Source of the DNA: Escherichia coli
GTDB lineage: Bacteria; Pseudomonadota; Gammaproteobacteria; Enterobacterales; Enterobacteriaceae
Reading direction: 5' to 3' (one strand)
Assembly: GCF_003018255.1 (NCBI RefSeq)
Contig: NZ_CP027440.1
Length of the DNA: 64,000 bases
Shown here: positions 19,529 through 28,421 of the stretch, piece after piece
How the letters are laid out: each line of letters begins with the position of its first letter
How positions within the stretch are numbered: the first letter of the stretch is position 1
Made by a program: the position numbers and the translations under genes
Notes under the pieces: generated by a model
Database searches by the model: none
Told to the model about the DNA's origin: nothing
The model's input: the letters and a program-made list of their open reading frames with translations, nothing else

Positions 19529-20658
19529 TTTTTTGCATCCGGATGAAATAAGTCAGTATCTTTAATTTTAAAGTCTTCTAGAGTTGCAGTATGTACATTA
19601 TTCCATAATTCATATCCATCTAAACCTTTCGGTTCACCTGTTTCCCATCCTAAATTACAATAACGCTGATACTCGCGACATTCATGAGTATAGTAGTTCA
19701 GATCGTATTTTTCAGGAAGCAATTCTTTATTTGCTATTTTCTTTAGCCTTGAAATCATTACATCATTAGCTGGATCATGATCAAATCTGGAGATATGCTT
19801 TTCAACAATAGCGATACCTTCCCTGTTGATTGTTACGCCATCTATCGTCAGGTTTTCAATTGGACCACCGGCAAGGTCGGGATTAAATGGTCTTCCTGAT
19901 ACTGCTCCTCTGGCTCCGAAATGCTCAAGTGATTCCAAATCAGGGAATCTCATTCTTCCCAGAACAACTCCAGCAACTATTGAAGCACCAGCGATGAGTA
20001 ACCCTTTGTTATCCATAACTTGATCGTAACCAGCAGGTGCATCTCCTCCCAACTTGTTTGCTGTTTCCCTGAATCCTTCGATATTCCCATTGTATATGCC
20101 GCCAGCAGCAAGCAGTCTGCCAACCGCTTTACTATTGAGTGTTTTGAGGCCATTATCATCTTTAGTTTTTGGCCGTGGTATAAACAGACGGTTGTAGTTA
20201 TCGGGAAATGCCAAATAACTAAATTCAGTATTAGCAATCAGATGCCTGGAGAGTATATATTCATAACTGGCAGTGATGGTTTCTGTATCCAGATTGTTCT
20301 CAGTAAACAGGTGATTGATTGCTGATAAGAGCGCGCCGCGGAGTTGAATGTTGTAATATTTCTCCCATCGACCAAATCTATTGATCCGATAGAAGTCAAA
20401 CTCCATGAACAACTGCTCGTTATTGTTAATAGCGTTAATAAGTAACGGGGAGCTTTTGTCAATCAACTTACAGAAACTAAGGCCATGTAATTGTGACCCT
20501 TTGCCTGTATTCGTAATACTATTAGATAGCGAGAACGCGAAGATTTCATCTTCATGGCCAATCTGCCAGCGATTACCTATTGATGCGCTCGTTCCGCAAC
20601 GAGAGGAAATACATCCTTGTTGTTCTCCGGTTATGGTCAGGTAAATAATATCACTCAT
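19525..20658 (-). CDS. Hcp (T6SS tube protein) domain fused to C-terminal extension of unknown function: candidate Hcp-ET type effector
   Basis: 377 aa; first ~165 aa resemble enterobacterial Hcp from memory (YLTITGEQQGCISSRCGTSASIGNRWQIGHEDEIFAF...KLIDKSSPLLINAI...EFDFYRI); ~210 aa C-terminal extension with GxxxG-rich hydrophobic segment and His/Glu/Tyr-rich tail (YYTHECREYQRY); AT-rich. Confidence 0.75.
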   Translation of the reverse strand: MSDIIYLTITGEQQGCISSRCGTSASIGNRWQIGHEDEIFAFSLSNSITNTGKGSQLHGLSFCKLIDKSSPLLINAINNNEQLFMEFDFYRINRFGRWEKYYNIQLRGALLSAINHLFTENNLDTETITASYEYILSRHLIANTEFSYLAFPDNYNRLFIPRPKTKDDNGLKTLNSKAVGRLLAAGGIYNGNIEGFRETANKLGGDAPAGYDQVMDNKGLLIAGASIVAGVVLGRMRFPDLESLEHFGARGAVSGRPFNPDLAGGPIENLTIDGVTINREGIAIVEKHISRFDHDPANDVMISRLKKIANKELLPEKYDLNYYTHECREYQRYCNLGWETGEPKGLDGYELWNNVHTATLEDFKIKDTDLFHPDAKK

Positions 20659-21049
20659 CCTTGAAAAACCTTTTGTTAATTCTTTTGTGAAAGAAAAATA
20701 GTATTGTTATTTTTTACCTTTATTTACGCCCAAAAGGGATGAACTAAAATGTGAAAAACAAAATGTTTCACTTTAATATCTTTTTATCAGGAAGGTCTGA
20801 GATAATTTATAATTAATGTGAATGTGTTGATAATAATTAATGTTTGTTTGAGAATGGGAGTTGATGGTAAATCTCTAAGGTGTCTGCCAGTGAAGAGACT
20901 CATTTATGACTATGACTTGCCGACTTTCTTAAGGTCAAATAGCGGAGTCGTGCTCTCCAATCAATTCATACTGATTATTTTTTGGGGGACAGAGATGGCA
21001 GCAAAATGCACTCGTTCACTCACCATCTCAAATATAGACTAAGAGGAAA
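20659..21049 (-). promoter_or_regulatory. AT-rich upstream/promoter region of the Hcp-fusion operon
   Basis: About 390 bp strongly AT-rich non-coding DNA upstream of the Hcp-fusion start; no precise -35/-10 assigned. Confidence 0.4.
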
Positions 21050-21862
21050 CTAATTCCGCTTCCCACCATACTGCTTAAACCACTCCAGCATACGCTGCCA
21101 GCCATCTTTCGCAGATTCGGCATGATAGCTCGGGCGATAATCGGCGTTGAATGCATGCCCGGCATCCGGGTAGACGATAATCTCTGCTTTCGCATTAGCA
21201 GCCCGCAGCGCCTGGCGCATGGTTTCAACGCTCTCCTGCGGAATGCTGTTATCCTGACCACCATATAAGCCGAGAACCGGCGCGTTAAGATCGGTTGCGA
21301 TATCAACAGGTTGTTTCGGTGAATTCAGCGACTTGTCGCCCGTCAGTTTGCCGTACCACGCCACTGCGGCTTTTAGCTGTGGATTATGCGCGGCATACAG
21401 CCAGGTGATACGTCCACCCCAGCAGAATCCGGTGATCATTAAACGATGAACATCGCCGCCGTTGCGGGAAGCCCAACTGGCGACATGATCGAGATCGGCC
21501 AGCACCTGCGAGTCAGGCACTTTTGCTACCAGACCGCTAAGCAACGTGGGGATATCGGCAAAATCATTCGGATCGCCTTCGCGGAAGTAAAGTTCAGGTG
21601 CAATAGCCAGATACCCCTCCAGCGCCAGACGGCGACAAATGTCGCGGATATGTTCATGCACGCCAAAAATTTCCTGCACTACAATGACCACTGGCAGTGG
21701 GCCATCGCTTTGCTTTGGTCTGGCATGGTAAGCAGGCATGTTATCCCCTTGTGAAGGGATAGAGGTGAAGCCCGCCACAATCGCGTCGTCCGGAGTCTGA
21801 ACGATGGTCGAAGCGAGAGGCGATGCCGCAGGTGCAAATCCAGATTGTTGTGTTGTTGCCAT
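21050..21862 (-). CDS. ysgA: Dienelactone hydrolase family protein YsgA
   Basis: alpha/beta hydrolase with dienelactone hydrolase-like sequence (GFCWGG nucleophile region); start chosen at MATTQQSGF; ORF track start at 21928 is a longer alternative. Confidence 0.85.
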   Translation of the reverse strand: MATTQQSGFAPAASPLASTIVQTPDDAIVAGFTSIPSQGDNMPAYHARPKQSDGPLPVVIVVQEIFGVHEHIRDICRRLALEGYLAIAPELYFREGDPNDFADIPTLLSGLVAKVPDSQVLADLDHVASWASRNGGDVHRLMITGFCWGGRITWLYAAHNPQLKAAVAWYGKLTGDKSLNSPKQPVDIATDLNAPVLGLYGGQDNSIPQESVETMRQALRAANAKAEIIVYPDAGHAFNADYRPSYHAESAKDGWQRMLEWFKQYGGKRN

Positions 21863-21982
21863 GGTATTCTCCGTACCCTTATAAAAATGTTGCGCAATGT
21901 TAACTATAGTCAGCATGCAACAAATCACATTGCCTGAATCGGCTCATCTTTTATGCAGTCCTGCAGAATGAAGAGTGATTTA

Positions 21983-21998
21983 TGTGATTTGCATCACT
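21983..21998. promoter_or_regulatory. Candidate CRP binding site in the udp promoter region
   Basis: tgtgatttgcatcact matches TGTGA-N6-TCACA consensus closely; udp is known to be CRP/CytR regulated. Confidence 0.6.
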
Positions 21999-22123
21999 TT
22001 TGATGGGTAAATTTATGCAACGCATTTGCGTCATGGTGATGAGTATCACGAAAAAATGTTAAACCCTTCGGTAAAGTGTCTTTTTGCTTCTTCTGACTAA
22101 ACCGATTCACAGAGGAGTTGTAT

Positions 22124-22888
22124 ATGTCCAAGTCTGATGTTTTTCATCTCGGCCTCACTAAAAACGATTTACAAGGGGCTACGCTTGCCATCGTCCCTGG
22201 CGACCCGGATCGTGTGGAAAAGATCGCCGCGCTGATGGATAAGCCGGTTAAGCTGGCATCTCACCGCGAATTCACCACCTGGCGTGCAGAGCTGGATGGT
22301 AAACCTGTTATCGTCTGCTCTACCGGTATCGGCGGCCCGTCTACCTCTATTGCTGTTGAAGAGCTGGCACAGCTGGGCATTCGCACCTTCCTGCGTATCG
22401 GTACAACGGGCGCTATTCAGCCGCATATTAATGTGGGTGATGTCCTGGTTACCACGGCGTCTGTTCGTCTGGACGGCGCGAGCCTGCACTTCGCACCGCT
22501 GGAATTCCCGGCTGTCGCTGATTTCGAATGTACGACTGCGCTGGTTGAAGCGGCGAAGTCAATTGGTGCCACCACTCACGTTGGTGTGACGGCTTCTTCT
22601 GATACCTTCTACCCGGGTCAGGAACGTTACGATACTTACTCTGGTCGCGTAGTTCGTCACTTTAAAGGTTCTATGGAAGAGTGGCAGGCGATGGGCGTAA
22701 TGAACTATGAAATGGAATCTGCAACCCTGCTGACCATGTGTGCAAGTCAGGGCCTGCGTGCCGGTATGGTAGCGGGGGTTATCGTTAACCGCACCCAGCA
22801 AGAGATCCCGAATGCTGAGACGATGAAACAAACCGAGAGCCATGCGGTGAAAATCGTGGTGGAAGCGGCGCGTCGTCTGCTGAAATAA
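22124..22888 (+). CDS. udp: Uridine phosphorylase
   Basis: Start at [11 protein letters not shown] (253 aa); PNP/UDP phosphorylase family motifs; K-12 synteny. Confidence 0.95.
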   Translation: MSKSDVFHLGLTKNDLQGATLAIVPGDPDRVEKIAALMDKPVKLASHREFTTWRAELDGKPVIVCSTGIGGPSTSIAVEELAQLGIRTFLRIGTTGAIQPHINVGDVLVTTASVRLDGASLHFAPLEFPAVADFECTTALVEAAKSIGATTHVGVTASSDTFYPGQERYDTYSGRVVRHFKGSMEEWQAMGVMNYEMESATLLTMCASQGLRAGMVAGVIVNRTQQEIPNAETMKQTESHAVKIVVEAARRLLK

Positions 22889-22914
22889 AAAACGCTCCCC
22901 AACTTCGGGGAGCG
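22886..22914. terminator. Bidirectional rho-independent terminator between udp and the convergent tctA-like gene
   Basis: Hairpin cgctcccc-aacttc-ggggagcg; A-run on + strand 5' side gives a T-run on the minus strand. Confidence 0.6.
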
Positions 22915-22921
22915 ATATCAG

Positions 22922-24412
22922 TTACTGACGCCGTAAACGCATTATTTTGCGGATTATTGGCGTCAGTAGCGTAAAGGCTGCCAGAGTTAGCAATGCCAGA
23001 GTGATCGGTCGGGTATACAGAAAGTCCAGTGAACCCCCTGAAAGCGACAGCGCACGGCGAAAATTACTTTCTGCCATCGGGCCCATAATCAATGCCAGCA
23101 CTACGGGTGATGCCGGATATCCTCCTTTCTGCATGAAATAGCCCACCACGCCTGCAATCAGCATAATGCCAACATCAAACAGGCTATTGTTCAACGCATA
23201 AGTCCCGACCACACAAAGTGCGAGGATCATCGGTGTGAGAATATTGCCGGGGATCTTCACCACGTTACCGATGACTTTCAAAGAGAGCAGTCCAAGAACT
23301 AGCAGCATGAAGTAACAAAAGATCATGCCGACAAACAGTGTATAAACCATATCGCCGTGGTCGGTAAACATCAGCGGGCCTGGTTGCATTCCCTGTAACG
23401 TTAACGCGCCCAGCATGATGGCGGTTACCGCATCGCCAGGGATCCCCAGCGTCAGCATAGGTAACAATGCGCCACCGGTGCAGCCATTCGCGCCTGCCTC
23501 ACAGGAGGCCACAGCTTTAATTTCACCCTTACCAAAGTTTTCTGGTGTCTTACTGAAACGACGAGTTTCGTTATAGGCAACAAAAGCTGCAATATCCGCC
23601 CCCGCACCGGGGATCATGCCGATAAAAACCCCTAATCCTGATGAGCGCAAAATGGTTAATGCAATGCGGCGTAGTGTTTGCCAGGGCAGTAACAGACTGC
23701 CGATAGCCACCTTCGCCCCCTGACGAATTTGCTGGTTTTGCTCCATAGAGCGGAATGCTTCTGAAGCAGCAAATAAACCAATCATCACCGGGATAAATGG
23801 CACATTCATCAGCTCCACAAATCCACCTGTAAACCGTGGAAAACCGCCCATTGGATCAAGGCCTATCGTTGCGATCAGCAATCCGCCAACCCCGGCAATC
23901 AGCCCTTTAATCAGCGACTCACCGGAAATACTGGCAATAATACTCAGTCCGAAGGTTGCCAGGGCGAAGGACTCCGAGGCACTAAATTTCAGCGCCCAAC
24001 TGGCAAGTACCGGAGAGAGAAACATCAGCACGATAATGCTGAGCGTTCCGCCACTAAAGGAAGAGAACGTGGCGGCACTCAATGCCAGCCCTGCTTTTCC
24101 CTGTTTCGTCAGCTCATAACCATCAATAGCGGTGGCTGCGGCGGCAGGCGTTCCGGGAATTTTGAGCAAAATTGCGGTGATAGAACCACCGTAGACGCCA
24201 CCAAAAAAGACGCCGCAAATCATCAACAAGCCAGAAACAGGCTCCATGCCGTAGGTGAAAGGCAGCAAAATCGCCACACCCATGGTCGCTGTCAGACCAG
24301 GCAAAGCGCCAATCACAATACCCAGCATCACCCCAAAAGTGGCAAACAGCAGCGCCTGAGGATTATTGAGTAATGTCGAAAAACCCTGAGTTAAAAGTTC
24401 ACTTTCAAACAT
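22922..24412 (-). CDS. Tripartite tricarboxylate transporter large permease, TctA family
   Basis: 496 aa polytopic membrane protein with internal duplication typical of TctA; follows tctB/tctC-like genes. Confidence 0.8.
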   Translation of the reverse strand: MFESELLTQGFSTLLNNPQALLFATFGVMLGIVIGALPGLTATMGVAILLPFTYGMEPVSGLLMICGVFFGGVYGGSITAILLKIPGTPAAAATAIDGYELTKQGKAGLALSAATFSSFSGGTLSIIVLMFLSPVLASWALKFSASESFALATFGLSIIASISGESLIKGLIAGVGGLLIATIGLDPMGGFPRFTGGFVELMNVPFIPVMIGLFAASEAFRSMEQNQQIRQGAKVAIGSLLLPWQTLRRIALTILRSSGLGVFIGMIPGAGADIAAFVAYNETRRFSKTPENFGKGEIKAVASCEAGANGCTGGALLPMLTLGIPGDAVTAIMLGALTLQGMQPGPLMFTDHGDMVYTLFVGMIFCYFMLLVLGLLSLKVIGNVVKIPGNILTPMILALCVVGTYALNNSLFDVGIMLIAGVVGYFMQKGGYPASPVVLALIMGPMAESNFRRALSLSGGSLDFLYTRPITLALLTLAAFTLLTPIIRKIMRLRRQ

Positions 24413-24424
24413 TGCTGGCCCCTG

Positions 24425-24934
24425 TTATTCGAAAAATGTGCCGACAGGCAATGGCACCTGTAACGCTTCGACAAACAGCAACCAGAGGATTGCCGTTAAC
24501 AGCAGCGCAATACCCGGTGTGAGTACCCATCGCCTGTAGCCCATCAACGTCATAATGACGATGAGGAAAACAGGAGTAGTAATGAGATAACCGCAGTAGC
24601 TCATCGCCACAATATAAAACGCGGTTGCCGCAATTCCTGTTGCTGTTTTCCTGAATGCCGGTTTTTCCTGTGCGTTGGCGCAAGAGGCTGGTTTTGCCTG
24701 CAAAAGATCGCGTATCACCAGCAAGACAGCGAGCACAATCAGGGCACAGGCATAGAAGGTAGGGAAGGCACTTGCACCGGGATCCGTTTCAATGGCAGTT
24801 GCTGGAAAATCAGCGGCATTAATCATCACCGCGCCAGCAACCACACAAAGTAACAGCGCCACCACCATCGTTGATGAAAGGCGCTTGCGGTGCGGTACGG
24901 CGAGTTGAGCAACAGACTGTTTTGTGTTCATCAA
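24425..24934 (-). CDS. Tripartite tricarboxylate transporter small subunit, TctB family
   Basis: 169 aa with about four hydrophobic helices, located between TctC-like and TctA-like genes. Confidence 0.7.
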   Translation of the reverse strand: MMNTKQSVAQLAVPHRKRLSSTMVVALLLCVVAGAVMINAADFPATAIETDPGASAFPTFYACALIVLAVLLVIRDLLQAKPASCANAQEKPAFRKTATGIAATAFYIVAMSYCGYLITTPVFLIVIMTLMGYRRWVLTPGIALLLTAILWLLFVEALQVPLPVGTFFE

Positions 24935-24947
24935 CCGTACCTCAGGT

Positions 24948-25922
24948 TTATTTTTTCAGGCCCAGGCGAGTCAGCAACTCGTCAAAGTACTTTTCCTGTT
25001 CGCTGATTTGGGTCTGGAAGCTGGCAGCGTCAAGCCATGCATAGTTGAGATTCAACTTTTGCAGTGCATCCTGGAATGCAGGCTCTTCAGCCGTCTCTTT
25101 TGCTGCCTTTGCCAGAACATCCACCACATCCTGCGGCGTTTTTTGCGACACAATCAGGCCGCGCCAGGTGCCGATGGAGAGATCAACGCCTTTCTCTTTT
25201 AACGTCGGGACGTCAGGCATGGTTTTCATTCGCTCATCCGCCATCACTACCAGTGTCTTCAGCTTGCCGCCATTCACATGGTTGATAACTTCTCCTGGGC
25301 TTACGGAAACCGCTTCAATATGCCCGCCTAACAGGCCTGTAATGGCAGGGGCTGCGCCGTCATACGGGACATGAGAAAACTTTGTGCCCGTTTTGTCTTC
25401 CAGTGCAGCTGCCGCCAGATGCCAGATAGCTCCGGTGCCTGAGTTACCAATGCGTACTTTTCCGGGATTCGCTTTGGAGTAAGCCATAAATTCTTCATAG
25501 CTATTCCACGGCGCATCGGCACGGACTGTGATAGCAGCCGGATCCGCATTCAGACGGGCAATGGGTTTAAAGTCGCTGGTTTTAAAACGCACCATTCCGA
25601 GGCTGGGAAGGGTGGTCAGTTCAACCGTGCCTAAACCAATTTTGTAACCGTTAGGGCGGGCAGCGGCGATTTCACTCAGGCCGATAGCACCGCCTCCGCC
25701 AGGTTTATTGATAACCCCGATGCTGACGGGTAAATGGTTTTTGGCGGCATCAGCAAAGGCACGGGCAACCAGATCCGTACCGCCTCCGGCAGCGTAGGGA
25801 ACGACTAACTCGATCTGTTTGGTTGGGTAGGAGGCAGCCTGTACAGGCGCAATGCTGAGGGCAGCGCCTGCAAGAAGTACCATTGCAGCCATTTTTTTCG
25901 GTAAGGTAAGATGTTTTATCAT
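24948..25922 (-). CDS. Tripartite tricarboxylate transporter periplasmic substrate-binding protein, TctC/Bug family
   Basis: 324 aa with signal peptide; Bug-family signature near N-terminus (YPTKQIELVVPYAAGGGTDLVAR). Confidence 0.8.
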   Translation of the reverse strand: MIKHLTLPKKMAAMVLLAGAALSIAPVQAASYPTKQIELVVPYAAGGGTDLVARAFADAAKNHLPVSIGVINKPGGGGAIGLSEIAAARPNGYKIGLGTVELTTLPSLGMVRFKTSDFKPIARLNADPAAITVRADAPWNSYEEFMAYSKANPGKVRIGNSGTGAIWHLAAAALEDKTGTKFSHVPYDGAAPAITGLLGGHIEAVSVSPGEVINHVNGGKLKTLVVMADERMKTMPDVPTLKEKGVDLSIGTWRGLIVSQKTPQDVVDVLAKAAKETAEEPAFQDALQKLNLNYAWLDAASFQTQISEQEKYFDELLTRLGLKK

Positions 25923-25946
25923 TGCTTTTATATCCTTATTTATCAG

Positions 25947-26576
25947 TTAGTTGCTATTTAAATTGTTCCATGCGTTCATAAACAGTACTGCATTTTCATA
26001 GACTTGCTCTGGCGTCATGCCGGGGCGATATAGCGCAGAACCGAGGCCAAAGCCGTTTGCGCCGTGGCTCAGATAACGCGCCATGGTTTCCGGTGTGATA
26101 CCGCCAACCGGTAACATCGGAACGGATTGTGGAATAACCGCACGCCAGGCTTTGGTAACTTCTGGCGTAATTTGTTCAGCCGGGAACAGCTTGATGGCAT
26201 TAGCACCATGTTCAATGGCAGCAAAGGCTTCGGTGGGCGTGGCGACGCCAGGCGCACAATACATACCCAGCGCACGGGCGCGACGGATCACCGCAGTATC
26301 GCAATGCGGCATCACGATAATCTGGCCCCCAGCCTCTTTAACCGCAACCACCTGCTCTACCGAAAGCACAGTTCCGGCTCCGACCAGGCAGTCCTTAGGC
26401 AGGGCGTCGCGCAGTAAACTGATACTTTGCAACGCCTCCGGCGAGTTCATAGGAATCTCAATCAGGCGGAATCCGGCGGCGTACAGTTTTTCACCGATGG
26501 CGACAATCTCATCCGGTTTCACGCCGCGTAAAATGGCGACTAACCCGGTTTTTTGCAAAAGTGTATTAAATGGCAT
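25947..26576 (-). CDS. 2-dehydro-3-deoxy-6-phosphogalactonate / KDPG aldolase family protein (DgoA-like)
   Basis: Aligns by eye with E. coli DgoA (LVAILRGVKPDE...IEIPMNSP...GAGTVL...GGITPE); start chosen at MPFNTLLQ (209 aa); ORF track start at 26651 is an upstream extension. Confidence 0.8.
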   Translation of the reverse strand: MPFNTLLQKTGLVAILRGVKPDEIVAIGEKLYAAGFRLIEIPMNSPEALQSISLLRDALPKDCLVGAGTVLSVEQVVAVKEAGGQIIVMPHCDTAVIRRARALGMYCAPGVATPTEAFAAIEHGANAIKLFPAEQITPEVTKAWRAVIPQSVPMLPVGGITPETMARYLSHGANGFGLGSALYRPGMTPEQVYENAVLFMNAWNNLNSN

Positions 26577-27570
26577 GGGTACATTCCCTGGCGTTGGTGG
26601 ACAGTAACCCGGCAGCGTGGGCGATTCGCCATAATCCATGTTCAGTGGCATTAGGAATGGCGTGTATCTGTCTGTCGGGAAAAACGTGGCTGAATGCTTG
26701 TGAATAGCGGCTGTTCAGATTTGCGCTACCGATTAAGGCGATCGGTGTTGTGGCGGGTAAATCACGTAGCAAACTGGATGCCAGACCACATAATTCATGG
26801 CCTATCAGTAATCCGGAAAGGTAATCCCCCTGCGAGGACGACGTAAGATTACTGGTCAGCAGGCGCGAACGGGTCGAAAACAGCGTCGATAATAATCCGG
26901 TCTGATGATGCTCTTGTGCTGCTGTCAGCCCGTGGGTGAAGGCATCCCAGTGCGGTTCATCTCCAGGATGCATGGTGGCACCGAGAATCGAATGGCGGGA
27001 TAAAACATCAAATAACTCGCCCGTCATAAAGGTTCGGAAATCGGTAATGGTGTTGTTTTCAACTACTGCCCATTTCGCATGTGTGCCGGGTAAGCCTATC
27101 AGCACTGGCATACCCTGATGGATCGCGTTTTGCAGGGCCGGTTCCATCGAGATAGCACCGAAGATTTGTGTCTCTTCGCCACGCATCACTTCGGGCATTT
27201 CACCTTCTTTAATCACGCCAGGAATGATGTGCAGCATTGTCTGCTGCTGGTGGATAACAGGCGTCAACTGCTTCGCCAGACCCTCGAGAGTGACCGGGCA
27301 AGGTAAATAAGCTGCTGATTGCCACCCTTGCGCACTGCCGAGCATGCCGCAAGCCAGTACCGGGCATGGGGTTTGTGCCAGCCAGTCGCCGCAGACACGT
27401 AAAAACGTATCGTGGAAAGCGTCCTCACGTGTTGCTGCCTGGGAGGGTAATTTCATGATCCCCCAGGGGAATTCACGTTTTTCTTGTGGATTTGGTGATT
27501 CGCCAAAACGCCATGCCCGAAGCGATGACGTTCCCCAGTCCAGGGCAATAAATGAGGGTGCTCCCGGCAT
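26566..27570 (-). CDS. 2-dehydro-3-deoxygalactonokinase family protein (DgoK-like)
   Basis: 334 aa; N-terminal IALDWGTSSLRAW and internal VMRGEETQIFG and PGTHAKW motifs resemble DgoK as recalled; 3' end overlaps aldolase start by 11 nt. Confidence 0.8.
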   Translation of the reverse strand: MPGAPSFIALDWGTSSLRAWRFGESPNPQEKREFPWGIMKLPSQAATREDAFHDTFLRVCGDWLAQTPCPVLACGMLGSAQGWQSAAYLPCPVTLEGLAKQLTPVIHQQQTMLHIIPGVIKEGEMPEVMRGEETQIFGAISMEPALQNAIHQGMPVLIGLPGTHAKWAVVENNTITDFRTFMTGELFDVLSRHSILGATMHPGDEPHWDAFTHGLTAAQEHHQTGLLSTLFSTRSRLLTSNLTSSSQGDYLSGLLIGHELCGLASSLLRDLPATTPIALIGSANLNSRYSQAFSHVFPDRQIHAIPNATEHGLWRIAHAAGLLSTNARECTHAI

Positions 27571-27593
27571 TAGTCGTTTCCTTTAATCATGGT

Positions 27594-28361
27594 TTATTTA
27601 TCTTTGCGGACGTGCTTACCCCAGCCCAGTTCAGCGGATATCTCTTCTGCACAGGATTTGACGTAAGGTGCCAGTTCTTCCAGACGCGCCAGCGACATAT
27701 ACGTGGTGGTACTGGCGACAGAAATAGCCGCCACAATTTCATCCCGGGCGTTGTAAACCGGCGCTGCAACGCAACGGATAGTCGGCTCGTTCTCTTCCAG
27801 ATCAAAAGCAAAACCACTGGCGGCATAACGACGCATGTTCTGAATAAATGCGCCCAGTTTTGTTTCATCACCACAGGTCTTAAACAGCGTGCGCCACTCT
27901 TCTTCTGTTCGGTTGAGGATCAATGCCTTGCCGATGCCGGTGATTGCCAGTGGCATGCGATGGCCTGGGCGTGAGCGCATTTCCAGCCCGCGCTGACTGT
28001 TGATCTTCTCCAGATACAGCACTTCGTCGCCTTCAACGATCCCCAGATGCACGGTGTCCAGGGTGTAACGGGCAAGGCGTTGCAAAACGGGCTGGGCAAT
28101 TTCGTACAGTGAGGTGCTTTCCAGTGCTCTGGCACCGAATTCGATCAGTTTGGCACCCAGTTGGTAGCCCTGCGTTGGGACATGGCGCAGGTAGCGTTGT
28201 TCCACCAGAACGGTGACTAAACGATGGGTTGTGCTCCGGGTCGTGCCGGTGAACTCGCCGATACTTTTTAGGTCATGGCAGCCGTTATAAACAGCATTAA
28301 GAACCGCCAGTCCACGTAATAACGTTTGTGCGCCTGCGGTGGTTGAAGAGGTTTCTGCCAT
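27594..28361 (-). CDS. IclR-family transcriptional regulator
   Basis: Start chosen at MAETSSTTAG (ATG 28361, RBS-like aggag upstream) giving about 255 aa; N-terminal wHTH plus C-terminal IclR effector-binding domain; 23 bp upstream of the kinase gene. Confidence 0.8.
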   Translation of the reverse strand: MAETSSTTAGAQTLLRGLAVLNAVYNGCHDLKSIGEFTGTTRSTTHRLVTVLVEQRYLRHVPTQGYQLGAKLIEFGARALESTSLYEIAQPVLQRLARYTLDTVHLGIVEGDEVLYLEKINSQRGLEMRSRPGHRMPLAITGIGKALILNRTEEEWRTLFKTCGDETKLGAFIQNMRRYAASGFAFDLEENEPTIRCVAAPVYNARDEIVAAISVASTTTYMSLARLEELAPYVKSCAEEISAELGWGKHVRKDK

Positions 28362-28421
28362 ACGTTTCTCCTGATGATATTGCTGAAGTGTTCCACATAA
28401 TGACGTGGGGAAAAGGTGATA

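Noticed and set aside
20818-21042. 74 aa plus-strand ORF in the AT-rich leader upstream of the Hcp-fusion gene
   Set aside because: Lies in very AT-rich non-coding-looking DNA with no RBS and overlaps the ysgA 3' end; more likely promoter/leader sequence than a gene.
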